41,225 bases of DNA from the NCBI RefSeq assembly GCF_006345805.1, contig NW_021831674.1:1-41225 (forward strand). Direction: 5' to 3'. The position numbers and the translations under genes were made by a program. The stretch comes from Octopus sinensis (taxonomy: Eukaryota). This document shows positions 11,627-24,937 of this stretch, in pieces. Position 1 is the first letter of the stretch, and each line of letters starts with the position of its first letter. The notes beneath the pieces are model-generated. The model did no database searches and was not told the DNA's origin. It saw only the letters and a program-made list of their open reading frames with translations.

Positions 11627-13640
11627 CACATACACACACAAACGTAAATTACATAGGTACAAGATAACGTTAATGACAGCGGAGCGTAATCAACGCAACA
11701 CCCTCTCCATCTTCACCTCTCTCTTACTCTCTCCGCCTCTCTCTCACCACTGTCTGTTTTTCTCTGGTTCCACCGATCTCCTACCATTTTACTCACGCTC
11801 TTCCACACCTCCACTCCTTTCACCATCACCGTTATCAAGCCACACCACTCCAGACCATTCTGCACTTCTCCACCCCACTCGACATCCACCCCGTACCATA
11901 CTTATCCCGTACTTTAAAGTAACTCACTCCCACTCCTCACTAAAGCCTAGTCTCTACACATCCCTCTCGCTTTCAGTCTCTCTGTCTTCCTCTCTCTGTG
12001 TCTCTCTGTTTCTGTCTATCCGTCTTCCTCTCTTTGTGTCTCTCTCAATCTCTCCAACTCCCACTTTCTCTAACTCCCTCTCCTTGTGTCTCTCTCTGTC
12101 TCTCTGTCTCTCTGTCTCTCTCTCACTCTCTGTCTCTCTCTTCTTTACACCTCTTCTTCAGTTTCTCTGTCTCCTCACTTTGTCTCACTCTCTGTGTCCT
12201 CATTCTGTCTCCTCTCTCTCTGTCTCCTCTCTCTCTGTCTCCCCTCTCTCTCTCTGTCTCCTCACTTTGTCACTCTTGTTGCCTTTCTTTCTCTCCATCT
12301 CCCTTTCTGTCTATCTCCCCTTCTCTATCGCCCTCTCTCTGTGTCACCCTACTTCTCTCTTTCTGACTCCCACTGTCACTACTTCGTTACCTCTCTGTGT
12401 TTCTCTCTTTCTATCCGTCTCCCACATGCTATGCCTCATTCTCTCTCTGTCTCCCTATCTCTCTGTCTCCCTCGCTCTCATAGCTCTCTCTCTCTCTCTC
12501 TAACTCCATATCTCTCTGTCACCCTCTTCTTCCTCTCTCTCTATCTCCCTCTCCCTCCAACATGTGTTAATGCACCCTCATTTCATCTCCTGCTACCCTA
12601 CGTACCCTTACACAATATTTCTCTATTCTCCCCTTCACCTTTTCCATCCCTACCCCGCACACTCCTACGTATCCTACCGTCAGCCCCTGCCGCCCCATTT
12701 CTCATCATAATCTCTGGTGCACTCGCAGACCCACCCACAACTCCACCACCCTCATCACACCACCACCACCACCACCACCACCACCACTACCACCACCGCC
12801 ACCTTCACTACCAGTTCTCATGATAATCCTTCCTGTTTCGCAACTGTACCCGCCTTCTACTTACACTTGTACCCGTCTACCTTTTCTTCTCTCACCCTCA
12901 CCAACATCGGCGCCACCGCCGCCACCACCACCACCACCACCAACACTACCACTACCACCACCACCACCACCACCACTGCTACTACCATCACCAGTAGGAA
13001 CACCACCACCACCAACCACCACCACCACCACCACCACTGCCACTACCACCTATCACTATCACCGCCATCATCACCATCGTCCACACCACTACAACCACCA
13101 CCACAACTACCATCACAACCACTACCATCTTCATCATCACTACCAGCAACGCTAGCACCATCATTAGCACTACAACCAATACTATCACCGCTACCACCAC
13201 TACCACCGTCACCACCACCATCGCCACTGCCGTCATCAGCATCATCATCATCACAACGAACACCTCCACCGACGCCAGTACTCGAGATAATCCCTACTCC
13301 TACTTCAACTGCACCTTCCTCTTATTTACAGTTGCATCTCCCACTGCCACCACCACCACCACTACCACCACCACCACCACTACCACCACCACCACCAGTG
13401 CTCGTAATATTTCTTCACCCGCTCAAAAACTACTACCACACCACCTCTCCCTCCACCTACTCCCTCTACCACACACACACACACATACACACACATCTCG
13501 TTAACACCCACCTCGCCGCTGCATTCCCCCTTTTCTCTCTCTCTACCTCACCCCCACCTCAACTCCCCAACTCACCCCTCACCCCATCCCTGCGCTAAGC
13601 CCTCACATTCCCACCTTACCCACCCTACCCTACCACCGCG
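11550..13640. repeat. pyrimidine-rich (CT)n-like tract followed by (CAC)n low-complexity tract
   Basis: Direct reading. Confidence 0.9.
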
Positions 13641-13756
13641 CTAATCAAAAAAATAAAGATAAAAGATAGAAAACGAAACAAAATTCAAAACAAAACAAGG
13701 AGGGGGAAAAAAACAAACAAACAAACAAACAAACAAAAGAAAAAAGACCAAATTTG

Positions 13757-13800
13757 TATAAAAGACATCGCGTTGCTAGAAATCAGTTTAAGACGTGAGT
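13757..13800 (+). promoter_or_regulatory. candidate Pol II core promoter (TATA box + initiator)
   Basis: TATAAAAG at 13757 and TCAGTT at 13783 (A+1 = 13785, TATA at -28), in a non-repetitive island. Confidence 0.3.
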
Positions 13801-14031
13801 GTGAAGACATGAAAGATTTTCATCTTTGCTGTAGAATAATTAAAGAATCGACGACGGCTTGTATTGGAACTGGTGTTGTCATTTAGAATCTTTGGGGAAC
13901 GACTAAAGAACTCTGTTGCTTTTTTTTCAGACTTTTAACTAACTTCTTTTATTTTTTTCAATATTGCTGCCAATATTGTAATTGTTGTGACTTTTATTTC
14001 GATGTTTTGTTATTGTTTTCTTATTTTTGTT

Positions 14032-14080
<49 letters not shown>

Positions 14081-14681
14081 CTTGAGCAGTTTTTATTGGT
14101 GTTGAATGTGATGTTGATTGTTGTTTTGTTGTTGTTGTTGTTGGTGGTGGTGTTGTTGGTGTTTTGCTTGTTGTTGTTAGTGTTGTTGGTCATGTTGGTG
14201 TTGTTGATGTGGCAATCGCCGATGTTGATGTTCATTCTCTTGGTGTTGCTGTTGGTGTACTCGTTGATGCAGTTCTTGTTTCTGTTGCTGGTGTAGTTGT
14301 TGTTGCTGCTGCTGCTGCTGCTGTTGTTGTTGTCGTTGTTGTTAAGCAACAAGACGGGTAAGGGTTATTAGGTGATGGTCTAGGGCTTAGGGGCGGGAGA
14401 CCCCAGACCTTGGGGAAAAAAAAATCTTTGGTCGTCTTGTTATAGTCGAGGGCTCTTCGTTGACGCCCGACACCACTGGGAGGTGGCCCTCAAAGTCGCT
14501 GGAAATGGAGATCTCCAGGTCCAAATTCTTGAACGGCTGCTGCTGCTGTTGTTGTTATTGTTGTTACTGTTGTTGTTGAAATGCTTCCAGTTATTTTTAC
14601 TGTTAATCTGAAGATTGTTACTCTTGCCAAGGTAGTTGTTGTTCGCACACACACGCACGCACGCACACACACACACACACA

Positions 14682-14720
<39 letters not shown>

Positions 14721-15012
14721 ATATTATAATCCAAAAGTTAAGGAATAGATTAGACAAAATCTTTAACTTCTGGATTTTATTCGCATACTCGGCAACCCTG
14801 GCTGCCAATCATGATATGTAAAATAATTTTTTCTGCTTCAATATGGGATAAATTCACAATCTTCCGTCCCAATAAACCACTATTATTCCTAAAAGTGTTT
14901 TTTCTAATATTTTCTACGGATTCCTTGAAGCTCTCTTTCTTCCTGCACCTTCATCCTTGTATTTTACATCTCTCTCTCTCTATCTAGCTATATGTATATA
15001 TGTGTATATATA

Positions 15013-15060
<48 letters not shown>

Positions 15061-15229
15061 TCTTGTTACGTGAAGATTGATTTTTTTACATTCCACGAGG
15101 TGGAGCTTGTGATGGTTTGGGGCTCATATCAGGTGCTAAAACTCAACTTTGCTCTGTGTTTGATCCAAAAATACAATTATAGAATGTGTGCTGCACTGTG
15201 AGCACACGTGTTCACCGTGCCACCCCACT

Positions 15230-16320
15230 AGAAACTACAAAAACTAGCACCCTTAAAAATGGTGCTCATACAACCTGCCACCTTTGTGGTAGAATCAGAG
15301 AAACAATTGACACCTCTATCTTTCGCTGTTCTACGTTAGACTCAGATGAATATACAAATCGTCATGATAAACTTGATCAGTAATCCTATTGGATCATACG
15401 CTGTCAGTTTGAACTCCGATATGAGAAGAACTGGGGGAAATATAAGCACAACAAAATAGAAGAAAATAAAGACACCACCGTTCTTTTTAGAATTTAGTAT
15501 TCTAACTGATTGAGTTATGTGGAGGCGCGTGGCTTAGTGGTTAGGGTGTCAGCGTCATGATCGTAAGATTGTGGTTTCGATTCCTGGACCGGGCGACACG
15601 TTGTGTTCTTGAGCAAAACACTTCATTTCACGTTGCTCCAGTCCAGTCAGCTGGCAAAAATGAGTAACGCTGCGATGGACTGGCGTCCAGCTGGGGAACA
15701 CATACGCCATGAAACCGGTAAACCGGGTCAATGAGCCTGGCTAGGCTTTAAAAGGGCGCATTTACTTTTTTTTATTAACTGATTGAGTTATCCAGTCCAG
15801 TAGACCAGAAAGTTTGGTAAAAAAAAAACACATAGACAAAATGTTTGTTTATACGTCAATCCCAACAGAGTGCAATACCTACGGGAAAGCATTTGAAAAA
15901 TTAAGAAAAAACAAAATCTTCGAAATAGAGGTCCCAAAAATTGTAATTAAGAACGACGATTGTACATCAGAACAATTGTACATCGGAACGACGATTGTCA
16001 TCGGAACTTTGAGGTTGATGCCAAATCGCACTCTTAAACACTTAGGTAAATAGCAGAAACACAAATGTATCTGAACTACAAAAAAATTTCTCGTGGATAC
16101 TGCTCAGATCTTAAGAAAAACAGTCAAGCTGAGAAGAGCTGAATGTTTCAACCTCGTTCAAAACTGCAAATATTACAACAAATGTTTAAAGAAATCTTAA
16201 TTTTCAGTATTTGGTGTCCATTGTCTGTGATATAGCCTTGCTTTTCATCAACAATACCCACAGTAAAACACACAAGTTTCTTGTACTTGTGGTTTGTGGG
16301 TGAGATTTAGAACAGATTGT
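15230..16320 (+). mobile_element. old R4/Dong-type RLE retrotransposon 3' fragment, split by a SINE
   Basis: TCHLCGRIRETID..C..EYTNRHDKL before the SINE; SRPE..VYTSIPTECN..EKLRK..IVIGTL after it. Confidence 0.7.
15519..15775 (+). mobile_element. tRNA-derived SINE (Meta/V-domain-like) with 16-bp TSD
   Basis: A box TGGCTTAGTGG, B box GTTTCGATTCC, T-rich tail; TSD taactgattgagttat at 15503-15518 and 15776-15791. Confidence 0.9.
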
Positions 16321-16427
16321 ATAAAACAAAGCAGCAACAACAACAATCCATTCTACTATAGACACAAGGTCTATATTTTTGTGAGGAGGGGGAAATCAAT
16401 CACAGCGACTCCAGTACTTGACTGGTA

Positions 16428-16960
16428 AATATGGATATGAGGTTACGGGTGCTTGGTACCAACATATATCGGAAAAGGAGATGGACGAAAAGGGGAAGGC
16501 AAAAATCCTCTGGGACTTTGACTTCCAGACAGATAAGGTTTTAGAGCACCGAAGGCCGGATATAGCAACCTTTAGGAAGGACAAACAAAAATGCCTAATA
16601 ATTGACGTGGCAGTGCCAGGAGATCAACATATCATCATGAAAGAAAGAAAAAAGGTTGATATATATGGAAATAGCTAAGATGTGGCAAGTACGAGTCAAA
16701 CATAAAGGTTATCCCTATTGTCATCGGAGCATCGGGTTCAATACCACTCAATATGAGAAAAACATCTGAAAACTTTAAAAATACCCTAAAATCTAGGTGT
16801 AATTCAAAAATCGGCATTACTTGGAACTGCACGCATATTGCGTAAAGTACTGTCTATTTGAGATCCTTGTTGTGACTTGACAAACCCCAGTAGACATAAT
16901 ATCTTCAATCAACAACCTCACGATATTGTACACTGTGCGACGTCTATAATGATAACAACA
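16428..16960 (+). mobile_element. R4/Dong-type RLE retrotransposon 3' fragment
   Basis: WYQH..KILWDFDFQTDKVLEHRRPDI..KCLIIDVAVPGD, then VIPIVIGASG and LLGTARILRKVL; ends in (AAC)n/(TAA)n. Confidence 0.85.
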
Positions 16961-17009
16961 ACAACAACAGCAGCAGCAACAACAACAACAACAACACTAA
17001 TAATAATAA

Positions 17010-17393
17010 TCCCTTCTACTCGAAGAACAAGGCCCTAAATTTGGGGGAAGGGATTAAGTCGATCACATCGACCCCAGTGCGTAACTGATACTAATTCTAT
17101 CAGCCCTAAAAGGATGAAAAGCAAAGATGACCTCGGCGGAATTTGAATTCAGACGAAATACCTATTTCTTTACTAGCCACAAGGGGCTAAACACAGAAGG
17201 GACAAACAAGGACAGACACATGGATTAAGTCGATAATATCGACCCCAGTGCGTAACTGGTACTTATTTAATCGACCCCGAAAGGATAAAAAGCAAAGTCG
17301 ACTTCAGCGGAATTTGAACTCAGAACGTTGCTGCAGACGAAATGCGGCTACGCATTTCGCCCGGCGTGCTAACGTTTCTACCAGCTCGCCGCC

Positions 17394-17394
<1 letters not shown>
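17010..17394 (-). mobile_element. SINE family A (one near-complete copy plus a duplicated 3' part)
   Basis: Reverse complement reads ggcggcgagctggtagaaacgttagcacgccgggcgaaatgcgtagc..gttctgagttcaaattccgc. Confidence 0.85.
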
Positions 17395-17442
<48 letters not shown>

Positions 17443-17489
17443 TAATAATAATAACAACAACAATAATAATAATAATGATAATAATAATA

Positions 17490-17540
<51 letters not shown>

Positions 17541-17562
17541 GTGATGATGATAACAACAGTTG

Positions 17563-17870
17563 TTTCAAGTTTTGGCACGAGGCTAGTTATTTTGGTGGAG
17601 GCGCTAAGTCGATTGCATCGACCTCATTGTTCAACTGGTACTTATTTTATCGACTTGGATGAGATGGAAGGCGAAGACGACCTCAACGAAATTTGAACAC
17701 AGGACGTAAAAACGGACGAAATGCTACTATATGTTTTGCCCGGCGTGCTCGCGATTCGGCCATCTCGCCGCCTCCGTAGAAATGGTAATAACGATTTCAA
17801 TTCTTGGCACATGGCAAGTTCGGGTGTGGGGTGGGGGCAAGTCGATTACATCGGCCTCAGCTCCCGCCTC
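17563..17870 (-). mobile_element. SINE family A copy plus a partial copy
   Basis: Same motif series, more diverged. Confidence 0.7.
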
Positions 17871-17876
17871 TATAAC

Positions 17877-17960
<84 letters not shown>

Positions 17961-18449
17961 TTATAACAAGGATTTATTAAAAAAATTGTTAAAAATCTCT
18001 ATATATTCACGGCACCCCATGTTATAAATGTGCAATGTATTTTTTATTGCTTCTATTTATTTAGTGATGAAAATAACTATAAATAAAAAGAACAAAATAA
18101 AAAGAAACGTATAGGTTACATTTTGTATAGAAGAGGACCTGAGCTGGAAAAAATCCAAAATAATCGATTAAATCACGTTGTATACTGAGGTCACAATATC
18201 TTATCACTAAAACTAATGAATATATCATGAGGTGCTCGTATCAATTCATCACTCGGACTTTATTCCAGCCGTGGTTATTGCTTTTATGATAAACCATTTC
18301 ACGGCAGATTCTTGCCTATGGCCCTCAATTCGCAGGATTTATATATTGTATATCTTGAATAATGTGTGCATTGTACCTGTCACTTAAGCAAGTTACACAC
18401 GTGGAAAAAAACCATGTAAACTACTATCTCGAGTCCTAGGATTCACAAG

Positions 18450-18668
18450 TTACCCTGTTTCTATGGCGTATAAGTGACCAAGATCACAATATTCCCCACC
18501 CTAAACGGGACCCCGGTCCGTCTCAGGGATGCTTATTTATAGCTGAGTGAGTTGGAGCAGAGTGAAATGAGGTGCTATAACAAAGAATACAATGCATCGA
18601 CCAATCCTGAAATTGAAACTACGAGCTTGCGACTATGAGTACAATGCCCTAACTACTAGGCCACGCAA
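18450..18668 (-). mobile_element. tRNA-derived SINE related to the 15519 copy, decayed
   Basis: Reverse complement: gcgtggcctagtagttaggg..gtttcaatttc..ctcatttcactctgctccaactcactcagct..tacgccatagaaac. Confidence 0.7.
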
Positions 18669-19449
18669 CTAACCAGAAAAGCCAAGGATGGCCTCAATGT
18701 TTTATTTCTGTCTTCTGTACAAAAGTGTATTTCGTTGAGTGTATGGTATTTTGTCTACGGAGCCAATAGTTAGAATATATTTTGCTTTCAACAATTGAAC
18801 AAAAGTGTTTTTGTAATTAAATAAAAAAAAATTAAAGGAAAAAAAGCATTGCTAATTTTCAAGAAAATGAAACAAAACTAGAGCAAAAACTGCAATAAGA
18901 ACAAGAAGAATAACAGAAAAGAAAAAAAAGTGTGATGAGTAAAATACAATTGATATAAAAGCATACTCAAGGGGAGAAAAAAGGCACGTGTGTCTCCTTA
19001 AGCAACGATTATTTAGCGTAAAGTATGGAGATAGGAGAGCTGCAACGCGCCATACTGCTTCTATCTTAAAGGTCTAACTTAATTTGACATTTGTGATTGC
19101 TGTAAGATTTGCAGCTGATTGTTCCGACAAGTCAGAGAATGAAGCTATAACTTCTGTTAAACAGAAATCTTTGAAAGCTGGGGGAGTAGCAGGCGACATA
19201 CTCGTGTCTAATTTTACATCACTCCTCTGTAGCTATTTGATTATATCTTTATAGTCTATGTTTATCTGATTAGCTCCGTATATCGATATCGCTCTCCCTT
19301 TCTTTCTCCTTCTCCTTCTCCTCCTTACTTTCATCATCTCAACGTTCTCTGCCATTTTCTTCCATCTTCTGTTTTATTTTAAGTTGATCCTTCTCTTTCT
19401 TATTTTCTTATTTTCGATATAAACGCATGAAAATCAGTGTGTATAGAGG

Positions 19450-19509
<60 letters not shown>

Positions 19510-19796
19510 TGTGTGTGTGTGTGTGTGTAAGCATGTATGCCGGAATAAAGTAACTGCATGGGAATGTATATGCGTGTATACGTTCTCACGTAATTACATA
19601 CATATATGTGTGCACACGTGTATGTGTGCATATATGCATATATATATGTTATATATGTATATATATATATACATACATATATATATATATGCATGTAGAT
19701 TAAAGTAAAAATGAAAAAGCAAAACGTTTAGCATCACTTAAAAAGATATATATGTATATATGTACGTGTGTGTGTATATAGATATACATGATATAT

Positions 19797-19869
<73 letters not shown>

Positions 19870-19901
19870 GTGTATAAATGTATATATATGTATGTGTATA
19901 C

Positions 19902-19934
<33 letters not shown>

Positions 19935-20668
19935 ATATATGAATATATATATGTGTATATATATGTGGTATTCATGTACGATAAGAAAAACGAATGTGTA
20001 TGGATGAATAACTTTGTTGTTCCTCTTGTTGTTTTTCCTGCAGTTATTCTCTTCTCTTCGATGTGATTGTTGTTGCCGTTATTGGTTTTTGTTACTGTTG
20101 TTGGTGTTGTTGATATTTCTATTGCTATCTCGCTATGATTTTTAATGTTCTCATTGTTTTAACCGACGGTGATGATTTTTTAACTCATCTGCTTCACAAT
20201 CTCCTTCCTCCTCCTTCTCCTCCTTCTCCTCCTTCTCTCCCTCCTCTTCCTCCTCTTATCGATGTCATCGTCATCATCATCATGTCATCATCATCATCAT
20301 AACCCTCACCTTCGACATCGACGTCGTCGGTATTGTTACTGCCTTATCCGTTGCCTCGTTTTTGAATTCCAGTACTTTTTACGGGGTTTTATAAGTTTTT
20401 TTAAATTCACTTGGCTCTCCTTGCCTATAGATATATATAGATATATACGTGTGGTCAGATTTGGTATTACTATTGTTCTTATCATTATCATCGTCGTCGT
20501 CATCATCATCATCATCATCATCATCAATCTTCTTCTTCTTTATATTTTGGAGTCAATAAATTAAGTACAACTGAAACCACTGGGTTCAGTGTAATCGACA
20601 AGTCCCCTCCCCTCAGATTTCAGGTTTGTGCCTTTAGTAGAAAATATTGTTGTTGTTATTACTATTAC

Positions 20669-20776
<108 letters not shown>

Positions 20777-20791
20777 CATTATTATTATTAT

Positions 20792-21318
20792 TGAGTGAGA
20801 GAGCAGTGCATGCCATCAAAGTGACACTGGGGTAAAATATACCAAGCCCAGTATACCCATCTGATAAGGGTACACCAGGTACATGCATCACAACCATATG
20901 TGCGTCACATGGTGATCTCATATCAAGATAAACAGCGCATGACCTTTCAGGTGGGGCCCAGTTAGAATTTTCTTCTGGTCGAGTAGCCCATCCCGCTCAA
21001 AAGGTCCCTGAGTAAGGGTTGTTTAAGGATGTTGAACGAACCACCAATGTTTCCAAAGGTGAATTATCCAAACCTCTAAGAATTCCTTTCAACACACGGC
21101 TATGATGCTCCCCCACTACTTTTCCTCGTGGTCAGAGATGCACATATCATCAGCCACTAATGGACATGCTCAACTGGTTATGGTCAAACAACTGACAAGA
21201 AAATTTATGGTATTGAGCAGAATATTTGATGTAGCCCATCTTTTATACCGAGATAAAACAATGTACATGATAACACTTCCAATCAGTTAAGATCAGATGC
21301 CATGAGAGACTCTGCTTG
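20792..21318 (-). mobile_element. non-coding ~530-bp (TAA)n-associated repeat, family C
   Basis: Highly similar to 37843-38278 and 38410-38960; long (TAA)n at its 3' end. Confidence 0.85.
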
Positions 21319-21329
21319 TTTTGTCATTA

Positions 21330-21940
21330 CCTCTCACTCTTAGGTGTCTTACCGGTTCATTCTGCTTGGTAGAGAGACACATTCTATGATGTTGGTTATC
21401 CAGTACCTTTCTTAAGATTTTTGCTATCCCTAATAAACAGTTTTTCTGTCTAACAGAAGTTTATGTCACAACCAAAACGCTCTTCGAATTTTTCGAGGAA
21501 CATTTCTGCTCACGTTACCCGCAACGCGCCGATGACAAATGGCACTATCTTTACATTCTTTTATACTCATAGCCACACAACCTTTTATCTCAAATCATTA
21601 TATTTACCAAGCTTTCCCTATTCATTCACCCCGGTATCAGAAAGGCGTGCTATATCAAGAATTATACATTAAAGAGATGTTTTGTGGTAGATCTCGGGCC
21701 GAGAGTGTTCTCTGAATTAATTTGTCAGCAGTTTACTATCCCACGGGATCTTTGTCTTATTATTCTCCATCCGGTGGTCATACCACTTTTCGGAACAATT
21801 ATAGTCGTACTTTGTACGCATTTCCTAATGAACGTCGCTCACTAGCCTATCAGGCATCCAGTTTTTATATTCTTTCTGTACTCGTTTTGGACTTTCTGAA
21901 ACTATGCTTTGTTCCATCCAAACAATCATTGGCCACAATT
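21330..21940 (-). mobile_element. very old R4/Dong-type RLE fragment
   Basis: Minus-strand translation gives QKEYK..EKWYDH..KIPWD..RPEI..CIILDIA..KLGKYNDL..IVPFVIGAL, with stops. Confidence 0.7.
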
Positions 21941-21954
21941 CTAGAAGAATAACT

Positions 21955-22265
21955 CTTTACACTTTACTCTTTTACTTGTTTCAGTCATTTGACTGCGGCC
22001 ATGCTGGAGCACCACCTTTAGTCGATCAAATCGACCCCGGGACTTATTATTTGTAACCCCAGTACTTATTCTATCGGTCTCTTTTGCCGAACCGCTAAGT
22101 GACGGGGACGTAAACACACCAGCATCGGTTGTCAAGCAATGCGAGGGGGACAAACACAGACACACAAACAGAAATTTTAAAAAATTAGTACTGGGGTCGA
22201 ATTGTTTAAGGCTGTGTTCTGGCATGGCTTCAGTCCAAGAACTGAAAGACGTAAAAGATAAAAAA
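21955..22265. mobile_element. two SINE family B tails in opposite orientation
   Basis: ttttacttgtttcagtcatttgactgcggccatgctggagc.. (minus copy) followed by tactggggtcga..gcatggcttcagtccaagaactgaaagacgtaaaaga (plus copy). Confidence 0.8.
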
Positions 22266-22552
22266 AAATAAAAGATAACAGATAATTGTATGCCTAAAGA
22301 TGCATTCAATGCGTTCGATCATGAAAGAAAATGAAAAGCGGAAGCGGAAACGATGTGAAAATGAAACTGACAAGACATCAATATAATGGTATTGGTTAAG
22401 TTTCTATAATAATTCACTATTTTTTGGTGTAGTGATCAAACAATCCGAACTGAAACCATCGTTTGCTTTGGAATCCTGACGTCTTTTACCAATGAGTTTG
22501 CTTATCATATCTGTGTTTGTGTGTGTGTGTATGTTGTGTGTTGTGTGTGTGT

Positions 22553-22703
22553 GTGTGCGAGTGTGTGCGAGTGTGGCGAGTGGTGTTGTGTATGAGAGTG
22601 TGTGTATGTGTGTATTATGTGTATTAGTGTGCATAATTGTCTGCATTCTGATACGTGTTATTTCTGCGTGTTTGGTCTGGAAGTATATATATATTGTATA
22701 TAG

Positions 22704-22789
<86 letters not shown>

Positions 22790-23078
22790 TACACACACAC
22801 ATATATATATATATATATGTATGTACTTATTTATGTAATTATTTATGTATGTATATATATATATATATATATATGTAGTGTATATATATATATGTACATA
22901 AATACATACATATATAAATAAATAACTTGTGTTGTGTGCGAGTGTGTGCGAGTGTGTGTTGTATATGAGAGTGTGTGTATGTTGGTATTATGTGTATTAG
23001 TGTGCATAATTGTCTGCATTCTGATACGTGTTATTTCTGCGTGTTTGTGTCTGGAAGTATATATATATTTGCATATAG

Positions 23079-23161
<83 letters not shown>

Positions 23162-23318
23162 ATATATATATATATATACACACGCACATATATATATATA
23201 TAATATATATGTATGTACTTATTTATGTAATTATTTATGTATATATATATATATATGTAGTGTATATATATATATGTACATAAATACATACATTATATAC
23301 ATAAATAACTTTGTGTTT
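22553..23318 (+). repeat. tandem duplication of a ~380-bp microsatellite-containing unit (2 copies)
   Basis: gtattagtgtgcataattgtctgcattctgatacgtgttatttctgcgtg and tatgtacttatttatgtaattatttatg each occur twice in the same order. Confidence 0.85.
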
Positions 23319-23789
23319 ATATTCATATCTATATAGGGGCTTCTGTGTATATATCATCTCGTGTGTGTGTGTGTGTAAGTTTGCGTGTGCGTATGCGTGT
23401 GTGTGTGCGTGTGCGTGCGTGTGTGTGCGTGCGTGTGCACACATGTGTCTGTGTATGTGCTCGCGTTTATATGCGCGCTTGTGTGTTTGTGTGTCTATAC
23501 GTTGTAATCTGCGCCCCTTGTCTCTCGCTCCGTATATCTGGACACTTGTTCCATCGCTAATACGAATTTTTTCTCCCTTTCGAAACACCCTCCACATTAT
23601 TTCCTCTCACCCTTTTCAGCCTTCTCTTTCCAGTCTTTTCCCATTTTTTTTTTTTGGTCTCTTGTCTTCATCCTCCTACTTTTCTCCTTCTTCTCTTTCT
23701 TTCCCCATATAATATTTATCTACCATTCATACTCTCTCATTCAGCTCTCCTTGATTTCTGCCAATCTCTCTCTCTTTCTCTCTCTTCTT

Positions 23790-23824
<35 letters not shown>

Positions 23825-23881
23825 ATCTCCGTTCCTATCTTTTACCCGCTTGCTTGTCTATAACTCTCTCACCCGCTCCCT

Positions 23882-23937
<56 letters not shown>

Positions 23938-23962
23938 ATGTCTGTCTGTCTGTCTACCTATA

Positions 23963-23993
<31 letters not shown>

Positions 23994-24900
23994 TCTATAT
24001 ATATATTATATTATATATATTATATATTATATATCTTCTTATCTCCTTTTCTTTCGCTCTCTCTCCTTCTTTGTTTCTTTCTCTCTCTATCTATCTATCT
24101 ACTTCATGCATTCTTTCTTGCTGCGTCTCTCCTTCGCGTTCATTTGAAACCATTCATTTCCACCACACACACACACACACACACACCCATACACACTCAC
24201 ACACGCACGCGTGCGCATACAGTTGAACATTCATACAGACTAACTCTGTCTCTAATCCCTTCCCTCTCTCACCCTCAACCCATCCCTACCCCATCTCGTT
24301 ACTAATTTCAACTTCTGTCTTTCTCCAAATATTTTTCTTTTCTTTTTTTTTATTTTTTCACTTTTAACTTTGTTCTCTTTTATTATAGTAAATCTTACCC
24401 ACCGGAACCAACCGGAAATCACCGGAACCAATCGCTACCCACCGGAAAATGAGGGTTTGTTCCGAATGGTGTTTTGACATCATTAAAATATACCTTGTTC
24501 GCATGGAGCGGAAATTGCCGAAATCCATATTGCATCGTCTAACGGAGTTCATACCAAAGAATCGTGCTTTGCTCATTTCTAACCAATATTCCAAATGACT
24601 GGAGATATCGGAAGATTCCCCATTATTTCTACAACGTTACTCCTTTTCAAAAAAAGATCATCATTCTTGTTGTTGTTGCTGTTGTACTTGATATTGCTTT
24701 TGTTATCCAAGTAGTTGTTTTATTATTATTATTATATATTATTATTATATTATATTATTATTATTATTATTATTATTATATTATAGTCATAGTGACTTGT
24801 CATTTCTTTGGTTGACTAAGCATTTTTCTTTTAGTTTCTTGTTTTCATTATATCACGTTATATATATATATTATATATATGTATATATATATATATATAT

Positions 24901-24937
<37 letters not shown>

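Noticed and set aside
11673-13598. Long 245-293 aa ORFs
   Set aside because: (CT)n/(CAC)n sequence lacks stop codons by composition.
15519-15595. tRNA gene (also 39960-40035)
   Set aside because: The A/B boxes continue into a SINE body bounded by TSDs; no convincing cloverleaf.
24389-24454. Small + strand exon after a polypyrimidine-TAG
   Set aside because: Weak donor (gtttgt), repetitive peptide and no partner exons.
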